Positions 1-13,100 are shown, counted from the first letter of the stretch. The stretch: 64,000 bases of DNA from Syncephalis fuscata S228 (GCA_025786725.1 JAHLTZ010000060.1:1-64000), one strand, 5' to 3'. Numbers and translations are program-made. Notes: a model not told the origin generated them from the sequence alone.

Positions 1-1628
1 CATTAAGAATCGAAGACCTAAGTCCTGATTTTGGCACAGTAAGTCAGCAATATTACAATTACAGCAGTCTATAGTATTTAACACATTCCTAGACAATCAA
101 CAGCAAATATGCTGTAACGGACCAACGGCTTGGTTCGTAAGTACTTATATCATTTAAATTAGCATATTGATAACATGAAAATAGTGGTGCTTTTGGCAGC
201 GTATTTTATGGAGAAATGCGCAGCAACAAGGCGCCAATTGCCATAAAAATTTCAAATAAGAAAAAAACTGCGGAGGCAGTCAGAAAAGGTTACGTAAATA
301 GCTTTGCCGATGAAAGCACCATACTCAGTAGGGCGCAAGGACATCAAGCCATTATTCAAGTAGTTGATGCGCATGAAACAACGATGCACAGCTACTTGGT
401 GCTTGAGTATGTAGCTGGCGGAGATTTACACAACCATTGTGCACAACATGGCCCTCTTCTTGAAGATGAGGCTAGGCACATTTTTAAACAGCTGCTGGAA
501 GCAGTAAAGGTAAGTAACAACATAATACAATAATTTATTAATGACTTTTGAATAGTTTTTACACAGTAAGCATATTGTTCACTGTGGTAAGTTGAAATAA
601 TTGTTTATTATTGCTACTAACAAATATCATTGTTAATCGTATTGCTATCAAATAGATATAAAAGTAAGTACTTGAAATGTTAACAATGACTGAAATTAAC
701 CGTGTTTACATTAGCCAGCAAATATATTGCTGCGAAAGTGCATCAACAACCCAGCGATTGTCCTTACAGATTTTGGTGCTGCTTGGAAAATTGTTCCAGA
801 TTCACCGCCACCACAAAAAAAGAAGCGTGGAACATTAGGTTATATGGCACCAGAAATAGTTTTGAGATCAGTTTTTAAAAAACTAGCAACTGCAAAAACT
901 AAAAAGATTGATATTAATCTGCAAGCGGCCTCAAATACAATAGAACTAACAGCCAACAATTACCACCAAGTTGATGTGTGGAGCCTTGGTGCTACATTAC
1001 ATTACATGCTATCAAGTAAGTGATTATAAAACTGTCATTTTTTACTAATGCCTTTATATTTAGATACATTACCATATGTAAAAAATAGTAATGAAGATGT
1101 TACCATCAAGGATTATGCTTTAGATTTATTAAATAGTTCTTTGGAATTCGATGATACTTGGGAAGCAGTATCAGAAGAAGGTAAATAAACCAAACAATAA
1201 TTATATAGAACTAATATTTATTGCTTACTAGGACGCAAACTGGTGCGCGATCTTCTTGCTCTTAACAGCGATTCACGTATTACTATTGAGCAGGCATTGG
1301 CAAGTTCTTGGTTTAACAAGCCACAAGATACGGTTGCTGAAGCTGATGTGGCTCAAGAAGAACAAGAAGAACCGGCATTGAAGTCACCAGAAAAAGAGGC
1401 CGAGATAGAATCAAGTCAACAGCAAGAAAGTAATCAAACTGAAGACGACAAAGAAGCTGAAGAGACAACAGCTTGCCAAGAGGCTTCCACACCTCAGCGT
1501 GGTATTAAGCGGTCGCATTCAATGACTGCTGATACTCAGGAAAAACGAGTGAAAATCAGCAATGGATGTAAGTGTTTATTAAGTCGTTGCTATGTAAACT
1601 AACCAACTAATTAGGCACCATCTTGTAA
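1..1628 (+). CDS. Ser/Thr protein kinase (CAMK/Chk2-like), 5'-truncated by the window edge, multi-exon
   Basis: Spliced reading gives LGSGAFGSV, IAIK, HCDIKPANIL (via an 8-nt micro-exon at 656-663), DFG, GTLGYMAPE and DVWSLG, followed by an acidic tail. Stop TAA at 1626-1628 after the final intron. Intron positions match the paralogue at 39351-42023. Confidence 0.85.
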
Positions 1629-2609
1629 ATATCTCATATTAGTGTATTTAGTTTATAAAGTACAAAAAACAATAAATATTATATTTTTACTATGATATGC
1701 TTCTATTCCATTACATTGCATACAATATAATTATTTAAATAATAAATTTAGTCATCTAAATGCAATTTATTACTCATTTATTGTACTTTGGTGGTTAAAT
1801 AACTGCATTTAATAACATTCATACATTTAAATTAAACTTTTTTTCTATTGAACAGAAAACAAGAAGTAATTCACATCAGGGTCCAAAATACTCATCATTA
1901 TAGATTCATTATTCAGTATACATACACTCTATTCATCTATATCATCCCATTCTATTCCATGCTATCATATATGCTTTCTTACCATACATTCATTATTTTA
2001 TATATCATTCTATACCCTCCTAGTCTTCCGCTACCCAAACTGTTTTTATTTTGTTTTAGCACTATTATTATTAAAATTAAACTATTTTGCTTATTGCTCA
2101 TTCATACATACATTATAACTTCAGCGCTGCTATTCACTCTAATATATCTATCCTATTATTCAATGCTCGCATATTATTCAGAGTTGTTTTCTGTTTCTTT
2201 CTAACTTTGTTTTTTATAAATTTCAACTTATTATGTTCATTTCGCTGTTATAAATACTATAAATTCAGTACCAGTGTTTATGTACTTTCATGGCATATTC
2301 ATATGGCTTTTAAATCATTGTTTTTATTATTCAGTTGTAATGGTCAGTACAATACTAATACATACATGTGGATTTGTATTGATAATATAGTATTAAAATA
2401 AACATAGTAGCACTAACAACAAAATTACATACTGGCTATTTATCAAATATACTGATTATTATGTAGTATTTTAGTACAGGTCTATCTGTAATAAAATTAA
2501 TAATCCAAAAATAAAATACATTAAAATTACACTAGATTGAGTTTACATTAATGTTATACGAGCATAACATTTTACTTTATTGAATTACATAAAGCGTGAT
2601 AGTTGCTGA

Positions 2610-3617
2610 TTAGTTGCTGGTTACTTCATTGATGAGTTGTTTATCTGCAGGTGAGACACCATTCCAGAGGCGCATGATTTCGTTCATGCTGAACTCTTGA
2701 AGGATACGGGCAATGATGTAGCTATCACTGGTCGAGCTGGGAGGCAATGGCACAAAGTCATCAGGGAAACGTTCTTCTTTAAGGAATTGTTCCGCATCTT
2801 TAACCTTCAATTGGCCGTTGCGTCCTATAATTTCCAACAAAAGTACAGCTTCACCATGAGACTTGAATTTGTTATCCAAAGTAAAGCCCATCGGTGGAGA
2901 TAGACCATCCTTTGCCTCGCGGTCGCGAACAACGTTACGGAATTTGGCAATTGAGCTGTAGGTAAGGACACCCTTTTCGGCATAGCTCAAAAACTCGTCG
3001 ATCTTGGTTCGATTGGCGTATAGAGCACGCTGTGGATTATTAGTTGTGAAACGTTCGCGCGTCAATGACACATCATGTTCAATAAAGTTATGCTTAAGCG
3101 AGTCCAATAGATCCATTGTTTGTGGATTGCTAGCGTGCATTGCCGATAAGTCACGGTGTCCCTTCATCAACGCCTTAAGGGCAACACCTCTAAGACCGAG
3201 TATGTTCTTAAGACCATGCTCAAGACGGGCCGCATCGACATTCTGGCCGGTGTAATCGCTATAATACAGTAAGTTTAATTATTATCCATTTAGAGCAAAT
3301 GCTACTATTACTACTTACATAATTTTATGATTAGCTAGTACGTTTAACATTGGGCAAGGAGAGCGGTGCTGTCCTTTGCCGCTTTCCCATCGTGCTTTAA
3401 TTTCATTGCCCCAGTAAGGATTGGGTGGCGGGGTGGATGCTTTGCCGAGAGGACGTAGCAATATGTCGAGACCGGCCACTTTATTCTTGATAAATTGAAG
3501 TGCTTCACCGAGCTGATCTCCAAATGGACCTGCTTCACTGGTGGGTGGCATAAAAACTAAAGCAAGTAGTGCTGTTGTGCCGGCAGTGCTGGCAAGCAAT
3601 CCAGTGGAGAAACGCAT
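2610..3617 (-). CDS. Secreted heme-thiolate peroxidase (chloroperoxidase/unspecific peroxygenase family)
   Basis: Signal peptide, RSPCPMLNVLANH proximal-Cys motif and EHDVSLTR motif. One 60-nt GT-AG intron at 3259-3318 joins the two ORFs in frame. Confidence 0.9.
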
Positions 3618-4588
3618 ATTGTACTGATGTAATAGTCGTTAATGAATGTGGATAGGGATGGCTGTTCACAGAAACAATTGATGGATTGACACATTGACCA
3701 GCAAGTCAAAAGGTATAAATACTAAATGTAGGCATAGCCATCGGTGCTGTAAATTGCTCGGCAATCAGCAGCAGATTATCACAGAAAATACGGAGTTGTT
3801 ACACAAAATGGGAGCAAACAAAAAGTGCAATTTTCCAAACAACACGTTTTTACATATTTACAAATCAGGTATACTCTACAAGTATATTGAATATACAAAT
3901 GGTAATAGCAATATTTTATTTACAATAAACTGTTTGTTACTAATAAAGCGTATTGTTATTCAACTATCGTTCAATTAAATCGTAATTGTGATTATTTATT
4001 GACAATTGGATCGATGTATGCTTGTGTCAAACCCACGCGTCTTTCGTGCCATTGTGCAGCTATGATTAGTCAATAAACCAGTCGTGATTCATAAACTTCC
4101 CCAGTCGGCAGCGAGATGGCTCAACAGCCGAGGTGTTAGGAAACATTGTTGGCAAAAAAGGAGATCCACGAGGAACTGTATCCAAATAGTACCCATGATA
4201 AACACGTGTGTAAGTTAGTAATAATACTCAATTTGCAAAGTACCTGATACACTACGAGATAGCCATATTATTACTATTGTTGCTACTATTATCATTTTGC
4301 ACATTAGTATTTGTTAATAAAGACATGGAAGCAGATAATGAATGCTATTTTTATTTTTAAAATGTTTCTTTTCTATCTAAAGCCATAAACATCAGATGCT
4401 TGCTCAGTGAGCTACAAATAAAGGTACAATAGTGAGAATGATGATGCAGTAGCAAACATCAATGTTATGGAAGAATAAAACATAATAGATAATGTTCCAT
4501 GACGTAATAATAAAATAGTAAATTGACCGTATTATTATCATTGTCATAGTGGTATTTGGTGGCATTGTAAGACGTAATTGCTAATGAC

Positions 4589-6496
4589 TCAAGTCGACTT
4601 TTCTTGTCGCCATACTAAAATATTGCCTTGATGCTTCGTTGATTGGCTGTTCTGGCTGGAAGATGGCTGGGCAGACTGGTTACGCAGTGACGACATTAAT
4701 TCGTCCTCTTGTTCCGGATGCATATTGCGAATATGATAATGAAGACCGTTGGGACTCATGTAGCGTCGTCCACAGCCTTTCGACGTGCATCGAAATGGTC
4801 GTGGTCGCCGAGCAGTAATCTCGTCTACAAGCGATGCTGGCATTAAATCTAAATGTGCGTGTCGCATATGATATTCTAAGCCATTTGGATTTCGATAAGC
4901 TTTTGGACAGCCTGGTACTGCACATCGAAAAGGCTTATTTTCCTCAACAGTGGTGGCTGCTGCTGCTGTTGCTGTGACGGTGGCGTAATTGTCCGACATA
5001 GGAAAGACATTGACATTGAATGGACCACTATTCAATGCTGTATTTTGGCCCCTTAAATTATGCTGATCCTTTGCGCAATCTGCGATGAATTGGCCACAGA
5101 GTAAGTGTGGCCTACCGATCCCTTAGCTCGTTCTACGTGATATGAATCCATTAAGATTTTTGTAGCGTTTTAGACATCCAGGCATGGCACAACGGAATGG
5201 ACGCTCTAATGGCGCAGCTTGTCCAATGTGGCAGCGTTTAAAGTGATAAAGAAGTGCATGAGGCACTGTAAAGACAGCATTGCAGTCTGGATAGGCACAG
5301 CCATATGCTTCTGTCGTCATAGTTTGTCCTTCACCTTCCCGATAGCTCGCCTCTTCTTCATTAGCGTTTCAGAGTGTGCGTATTTGTCGTCATATGAATA
5401 GCATCTGTAGTAGATGCATTATTATTTGGCACAATGTTTCCGGTAGGCGACGATCTTACTGCCATTTGTCTGGCAAGCTCTGCTCTTATATCCTCATCGG
5501 TGTCCTCGTCGTCATCCTTACCGTCGCCCCGTTCGTATTCTCTCTGATCATCGTCTCCATCAAACATCGACATCCATTGTCTGTCCTCTATAAATGAATC
5601 TTGTACATTATCATTATGATGAGCTGTGGCGTCTAATATAGCAGAAGCATTGTTGTTGTTATCACTCGTTAATGAATCGATATCTAGTCCGGCAATGATT
5701 GCTGCAGCATCAGGCATGCCTCTGCCGTTGCGCAAATGCTTAAACGGATTAATGCTTCGACATAATTTACGCCATCGATTACGACAGTGCAAGCCTGGAC
5801 GGCCAGGAAAATATTCGGCAATACGCTGCCATTGACTGCCAAATTCTCCTACCAGCCGTAGCAAGTCTTGATCCTCTGCGTCGGTCCATTCACTGCGATC
5901 AATGGCTGGATCTAGACTTTCACGCCATCGTTTTGAGCATTGGTCGTCAGTACGGCCAGGTACAAGTTCTGCAACACGACTCCATTGCTCGCCGAAATGT
6001 GCATGTGCCTCGCGTAATAAAAATCCTCCTTTTGTGTCCATGGGCCTTTACGACGTGATGGGTCCAAAGAATGAAACCACCGCTTGCGACAATGTTTATT
6101 CGTACGGCCTGGAACACATGCTGATATTTTGGTCCATTTATCGGTGTTATACCCGTATAATTGCACAGCTAGTCGTAAAAGGTTGTCCTCTTCTGGCAGC
6201 CATGGCACACGTTCACCTCTAGCACGTTTACGATGTACTATAGCTGATCCAGCTGGTTGAGTTCCGTCTGCTACTGACGCCATATTGGATGCCATATCCA
6301 TCGCATCTGCCAGCTCGTCTACGTTCTCTATGTCTTCGTCGAGATAAAGGCAAATGTCTGCTGTATCGTTAGTATTTTTGCGTTTAAGTAGCAAATTGGT
6401 AGTTGTGCCACTAGCGGATAAAACGGTTGATGCTCTTGCCAGCGATATGTCGTCTACATTAGCGGATGGCGGTACATAATTAGTATCCGTCATCAT
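4589..6496 (-). CDS. Transcription factor with three Myb repeats and four C2H2 zinc fingers (about 4 frameshifts, probably assembly errors)
   Basis: Three W-spaced Myb repeats (…PGRTNKHCRKRW, …PGRTDDQCSKRW, …PGRPGLHCRNRW) and fingers CAYPDC, CAMPGC, CAVPGC and CTSKGC, the last three with Y..xNG..YH. Frame breaks near 6020, 5368, 5143 and 5080. Confidence 0.8.
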
Positions 6497-8151
6497 ATTG
6501 AATAATATCTAAATTCGTAAATAAAAATATACAAATATTAGTAAATAGCTATACTGCTAAACAGCTACACTACTTACACAAGAAACTGTCTATGAAAGCG
6601 TCACTTGTATTAAACAAAAAAGACGTAAATTGGTTGTGAGGATAATGACGTTTAAACGGTCGCAGTAATAACTTGGCAATGTTTGCTCTCTTTTTCTTTC
6701 TCGTCTTGCAGTTGCAATCGGGTAAAAATGAAGCTTTGACTGTCAATCTACTAATACGTCTTATTTAATAAACTGTCTGTGAACAATGAAAAGCAACAAT
6801 GACAAAAGGAGAAAGTGTAGTGTATTCAAAAAAGCAAGCCAATATAACGCAAATGCAGCCAACTGGAACTTGGAGGCGATGTCGCCGTCGCTGTTGTCGC
6901 TATTATTGGCAATGTTGTTATTGTAGCAAAAATAGTACGATGACGAAACTACGCAAATAAAATACGATGCACTTGCACCCACTGTTACTGCGCTGCTACA
7001 AGAATACTTACCGTAAGATGGGTCCGGAACACTGTTGTTTCTAGTTAAACTGTAATCAACTAACACTGATTCTAGTCCTTTTCAGACCAGCAAACGTCAA
7101 ATCGTAAAAATAATGCTTGCCAACTATCAACAATCGTCAAGCGATGGCAAGCCAAAGCGCGATCGCGTATCTTCCCAGTAACACACTAGCAGATTAGAAG
7201 AGGAGTACAAGTCAAATAATAAAAAAAGGCTGCTTTCTTTTAAAAATAATTTTCTCATTTTTTTCTTTTAATCACGTGATTATTTATAGTACTATAGTTC
7301 GTAACCAACATCGCTGTAATAATGACACTGCAGTAAGTAGACCAATTATCAAGATCTGCAAGCTATTTTTATACGATAGCCAATGAGCGTAAATACATAA
7401 ATTATTTATGGGGTATGCATTAATTAGATTGTGGAGTTTGCTGATCCAAGCTGCAAGTACCTGTTCATTCATCGTCGTTATTACCGTCATTAATCATAGC
7501 AACTATAATGATATAGTCAATAGTCTATTAATGGTCATCTAAACACTTACTTGTTATTGTCATTACAAGCTATTGATACAATGCATCCAATTAGCAATAG
7601 CTTGTTGCTTGTTTAAAGCTATCGCCTTACGAAAATAGAAACAGGCTGTGTTTGAATTGTTTCATCTGGCATTGTCATTAATCGAAACACACTTGCCAAT
7701 TTCGTTACTTTAGCGGAATAAACGTCTTAAAAAGTTCCCAATCCACGATGCCTATACTATGATTGTCCGCCTTGAGTAGTTGGAGCACAAATAGAGCGTC
7801 GTTTGCTCCCTTTTCATTTATTAAGCGCTTTTATTCGTTTACTCGCACCCGAGTGCCCTTCCCCCTGCACAATTCTATCTATTGTCTTCTACCATTGCTA
7901 CTGCTACTCTACACTGAGTGTATTACGCATTCTTGCTACCAAGATCTATTAACGTAAGTTTTTTATTGATGTGCTATGTCTATGTTATTGTTTTTATGAT
8001 CTGAAATATGCCATATGTATTATTACTATGGATCACACAGGTCCATAGTAATGAATAGTTAGTAAAATATAACTACGCGTTATTTATACAATATAACATA
8101 TTATAGTATACTATACTATGCTATATGTATGTACCAGTGGCTATAGTCATT

Positions 8152-8174
8152 AATATATATATATATATATATAT
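8152..8174. repeat. (TA)n microsatellite
   Basis: Run of about 11 TA units. Confidence 0.85.
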
Positions 8175-8358
8175 GTATGTCTATGCGTCAACACGCATAA
8201 TAGTTTGGATCTACACGTGTAGTGTTGTGAGTGTATAGTGCTGCGTAGTGGCCACTTACTACAGATAGCTGGGAGAAAGTGGCAATGGCAACCAGCTATG
8301 GGCATGGTGTGCTAGACGCCTGGCCTTTTGCTGCCTTATCTTATGGTTTGACAGGTAG

Positions 8359-8551
8359 TGTGGCGACATATTCAGAACACGTGGTACACGGGTACCACGT
8401 AATCGATGTGTCAAGCCAGCTATAAAAGCTGGAATATTTACATTTATTAATAAAGTAGTTCAATCCTAAGAAAAACCTTTTATTACAAGATCCTAGTGTT
8501 TTATCTACCTTGCCGTATTACTCAGTCCCCCTTCATAATAGTAATACGACA
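8359..8551 (+). repeat. 5' LTR (193 bp)
   Basis: Begins TGTGGCG and ends ACGACA. Identical by eye to the 3' LTR. Contains TATAAAA and AATAAA. Confidence 0.97.
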
Positions 8552-8553
8552 AT

Positions 8554-8570
8554 TGGTGGAGGACCTGGGC
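8554..8570 (+). promoter_or_regulatory. Primer-binding site, probably tRNA-Ala
   Basis: TGGTGGAGGACCTGGGC lies 2 nt after the LTR. TGGTGGAG is complementary to the ...CUCCACCA 3' end typical of tRNA-Ala. Confidence 0.8.
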
Positions 8571-8718
8571 AGTTTGCCCATAAACTGCCCGTTCGCGTAG
8601 TCCCAATACTACAGATATAACACTATTTGATAGTCTCTACCATCGTAACATTCATATTCATTCTCGTACCTCACTTCCATCAAATCATCTCATTGTTCAT
8701 TGTTCATTGTTAATAACC

Positions 8719-10167
8719 ATGTCTAGTATAACCCGTTCTGGTCGTAGTACGCGTAACTCAGCAGCCGCAATGGCTACTGACGAGCCGGTACCCGACAATA
8801 TGTCCGAAGTAAGCGGTACTGATGAAGTAGCATCAACTGAAACAGAAGAAACCGTTGATGAAGTCGTCCAAGTTGACCAACCAATAGCTACGGTTCAACA
8901 ACAAGAAAATATTACTAGTACTCGTCCGGTGACATTCGCTACTCCAATCGATACACCTACTGATACTAATAACTTAACGGTAGCTGTACCCGTCGCTAGT
9001 CAAGCATTAGTAGATAACTTATTACGCACCATTCTAAATCCTACCAACGGACTCACTGTTCACCAAACAGCTCAATTGACAATGTCGCTGGTACACGCTT
9101 TTCGACAACTCAACCCAGGAGACCCAAATCCTCCAATTCCTACCTACACACCAGCTCCACAGTTCACTGTAGAAACGCCTGGCACTGCCCCAATTGCAGA
9201 ACTTGGTCCACCTGACAACAACACCACACCCACACGCATCAACAGACGAGTGTCCATTTCGTCCATAGATTCGGACGACTCTGACACCACATCCATCACC
9301 TCATCTTTCCCTTCCATTGCAGATAGTCAGCCTGAACCTGTTGCTGTTGTACCACCTGTGGTCACACAGCCACCCGACTTGAGTGTCCCTCAAGTGATGA
9401 CTAAACTACCAAAAATGGATATTGACAAACTAGATTTTAAAGCGGATCCTTTTGAATGGCTGCGTAGCTTCCACTTGATTGCTGGTTTGTCAGGATGGGA
9501 TGAACCCACGAAATGCAGTCGATTGATGTACGGTCTGCGTGACCGCGAGAATGCATGGTGCCTACTCAATATGCCGCGTGTCCAATCGTACCAGCCTGGC
9601 CTATTCGCGACGTTAGTAAAGGAGTTAGAGATTAAATGGTGTGCTGGTGATCCAAAAGAAGCGTTGAAAAACAAATTTTACTTACTTCGCTTAAACGACA
9701 AAGAAACATTATTCGAATACGCCGATAGAGTTGAAAGAGCTGGTACCAATGCCAAAAGGACGCCTAGACAAATTTGGAAACAGATCAAAATCGGTTCTAA
9801 CGACTACGTCCGCAGCAATGTCCGCTCGTTACGAATCCGTTCTATCGATGACTTTCGATCTGTTGGTCATAGTATTGAATTAGGAAGATACACCCATAAG
9901 TTACTGCATGCGGCTAAGGCCAGCATAAACGTTGTTACTAATGACCAATCTCTGTCCGTGTCCAAGACGGCACCCAATGCAATGCAAGTAGGTACCCGTT
10001 CCGGCAATAACCGTCGCCCCAAACAACAGCCAGCTACACGTCGCTTCCCTTGTACCCTCTGTGATGATACGAATCACTACACGCATCAATGTCCAAATTT
10101 AGCCACTGCCCGTGCATCGATAACCAGTAAACTACCTGCTGGTGATGCCAAACAGGCGGAAAACTAA
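8719..10167 (+). CDS. gag: Retrotransposon Gag
   Basis: First ATG at 8719. Long disordered S/T/P-rich N-terminus, capsid-like region (PFEWLRSF...GWDE), and CX2CX4HX4C zinc knuckle CTLCDDTNHYTHQC. Confidence 0.92.
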   Translation: MSSITRSGRSTRNSAAAMATDEPVPDNMSEVSGTDEVASTETEETVDEVVQVDQPIATVQQQENITSTRPVTFATPIDTPTDTNNLTVAVPVASQALVDNLLRTILNPTNGLTVHQTAQLTMSLVHAFRQLNPGDPNPPIPTYTPAPQFTVETPGTAPIAELGPPDNNTTPTRINRRVSISSIDSDDSDTTSITSSFPSIADSQPEPVAVVPPVVTQPPDLSVPQVMTKLPKMDIDKLDFKADPFEWLRSFHLIAGLSGWDEPTKCSRLMYGLRDRENAWCLLNMPRVQSYQPGLFATLVKELEIKWCAGDPKEALKNKFYLLRLNDKETLFEYADRVERAGTNAKRTPRQIWKQIKIGSNDYVRSNVRSLRIRSIDDFRSVGHSIELGRYTHKLLHAAKASINVVTNDQSLSVSKTAPNAMQVGTRSGNNRRPKQQPATRRFPCTLCDDTNHYTHQCPNLATARASITSKLPAGDAKQAEN

Positions 10168-13100
10168 ATGGGACGTCGATGTGTAAGGGTAACGACGTCC
10201 CACCCCAAGTAAATCCCTTATCGACCATATCCGCAATTAATGTTGCTTCCGCTACCACATTATTGCAGGATGGAACGATTAATGGACATATGGTATCGAT
10301 GTTAATTGATACGGGTGCTGAACGAACGGTTATTTCTAGCGCTATATGTAGAAATATTGGCCTTGTCTTAGGCCCGTTCACTGATTCATTCGTTAGATTA
10401 GCTGATGGCCGACACGCTAACACTCGTGGCCACTCCTTGGTGGATATCGAAATAGCTAGCGTTGTTCGGAAGGTTAAAGCAATAGTATTAGATACTTCCC
10501 CGTATCCAGTATTATTAGGCATGGATTGGTTATCCGCCGCTGGTGCCAGCATTGATTGCGCAGCTGGCAAATTGTTTATTGATGGCCAATCCATTGACAT
10601 GAAATTGTCCAACACTCCATCGCACGGTATACATGTAGTTGCCGTGGCTGGAAAAGTCCGTAATGGCCGGATACTTTCTAAGTTACAACAGCACTTAGTA
10701 AGACGGGATATCCGACCTACCGAGCAAGTTGATAATGCCGTGGTATCATTGGCACTATCCCAACTACCTCGAGTAGATCTGTCTGAGTCCATCCGACTAG
10801 CCCGACTCAACAAACTGTTACTGGAATATACGGATCTATTCGCGGTAAATCCGAATAATCCACAAGCAGCTACTAGAGTTCGCCATACCATTAGTACTGG
10901 TGACTCTAAACCCATTAATACTCCTCCGTACCGTTCTGCTTACCGTCAACGTGAAAAGATAACTGAAGCCATTAACGATATGCTTGAGAATGGCATTATT
11001 GAACCATCTCGCAGTCCTTGGTCATCTCCAGTTGTCCTTGTTGGTAAGAAAGATGGTGGTGAACGTTTTTGTGTCGATTATCGTAAATTGAACGACGCCA
11101 CTAAGAAGGATTCATATCCTACGACTCGCATTGATGATGCACTAGATATGTTATCTGGTGCCTGTTGGTTTACTACTTTGGACCTTGCCTCTGGCTATTG
11201 GCAAATCCAAATGAACGAAGCAGACAAGGAAAAGACAGCCTTTGTTACACATGCTGGCCTATATCAATTCCGTGTCATGCCATTTGGCTTATGCAACGCG
11301 CCAGCGACCTTTCAACGATTAATGGACGAAGTATTGGCTGGTCTGAAGTGGCATTCATGTATTGTTTACTTAGACGATATTATTGTATTTGGTAGGACGT
11401 TTGATGAACACCTACAACGTCTACGAACAGTTTTTAATCGTCTACGCGATGCTGGACTTCGCCTTAAACGTAGCAAATGTCACTTTGGCCAACAACAAAT
11501 AGCCTATCTTGGCCATGTCGTGAATGCTAATGGTGTTAAACCAGACCCAGATAAAGTCGCTGCTGTGCATAATTTCCCTCGCCCTACTGATATACGTGGC
11601 TGTAAAAGTTTCCTTGGTCTTGCATCCTATTATCGACGCTTTATTAGCCGTTTTGCCGAACGAGCCGAGCCCATTCGTCGCCTTGAGAAGAAAGGTACAC
11701 CCTTCGTGTGGTCAGACGAACAACAAACCGCCTTCGATGATTTACGCACTACATTGACTAGTGATACTGTGTTAGCTTATCCAACACTATCTAAGCCGTT
11801 TCGAATTGAAACTGATGCTTCTACTTACGGTTTGGGCGCAGTATTATCGCAACAAATCGACGATGGATGGCGACCGATTGCTTATGCCAGTAGAGCGTTG
11901 AATGATGCACAAAAGAACTATTCAGCTACCGAATGCGAATGTATGGCTATTGTATGGGCCATAGAGAAGTTCCGACCTTATATATACGGTAGTGAATTTA
12001 CAGTAGTCACTGATCACTCAGCTCTACGTTGGTTAATGTCACGACCCAATCCAACTGGTCGACTTGGCCGTTGGGCATTGAAGTTACAGGAATACCGTCC
12101 GACTATCGAATATAGGCGTGGTACTGCCAATGCCAATGCAGATGCCTTGTCACGAGATCCGTTGCCATGGCACGAACTAGTTGAACTAGCTGAACAAGAC
12201 AAAGTAGAAGAAGTAATGCACATAGCTGAAAATACAACACCGTTGCTACCAACTGAAGAAGAATGGGTATATGCACAACAAACAGAGTTAACTACTGCTG
12301 ATGTATATGCTTATTTACAACAAGGTGCTGAGTATATGACGCTAATGTCCGATGCTAGTCGGCGTGCTTTACGAAAACGTGCTAAACGCTTTGAGCTAGT
12401 GACTGGTCGGTTGAAGAGGAAGGTTATGAAAGGCGATGTGATGACAGAGTTGTTGGATGTTGTGCCTAATCAATATCGACCTATAGTTCTATATCATTGT
12501 CATGATAAAGAATTAGCTGGTCATTTGGGTATTACTCGTACTTACCAACGACTACGTCAGAGCTACTGGTGGCAGAATATGCATAGTGATGTATGCGACT
12601 ATGTGACATCGTGCACAGTATGTCAGAAGATACGACGAATACACCAACGATCTGGATTATTACAATCACTACCAGTGCCAGAAAAGCCATTCGACTTTAT
12701 TGCCATCGACCTTATGGGTCCATTTACTGAGTCTGAACATGGTAATAAGTACGTAGCTGTATGCTGTGATTACACCACGCGTTGGATTGAAGCCGCTGCT
12801 ATCCCAGATGCAACTGCAGAAACTACAGTACAGTTCCTGATGAATAACGTTATTGCTAGACACGGCATGCCTAGTGTACTACTTACTGATGGTGGTACTA
12901 ACTTTACATCTGGATTAACTGCCGGTATTGCGAAACGACTTGGCATACAGCGACGGATTACCTCCGCACGACGTCCACAGACTGACGGACTAGTTGAGCG
13001 TTTTAATCATACACTTGCATCGATGATCGCTAAGTTCACTAGTGATTTCGAAAAAGATTGGGATAAATATCTACCCCTGCTATTGTTTGCATACAGAACA

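Noticed and set aside
1848-2401. Hydrophobic ORFs here and at 38812-39117
   Set aside because: AT-rich, I/F/Y/L-biased translations of non-coding flank. The two copies differ by indels.
7800-7960. Possible 5' UTR exon (donor GTAAGT near 7954) making the retrotransposon intronic to the gene at 14919
   Set aside because: Only a donor-like motif supports it. It cannot be established without transcripts.
10034-10915. 293-aa antisense ORF over gag-pol
   Set aside because: No recognisable motifs. Typical shadow ORF of a coding strand.
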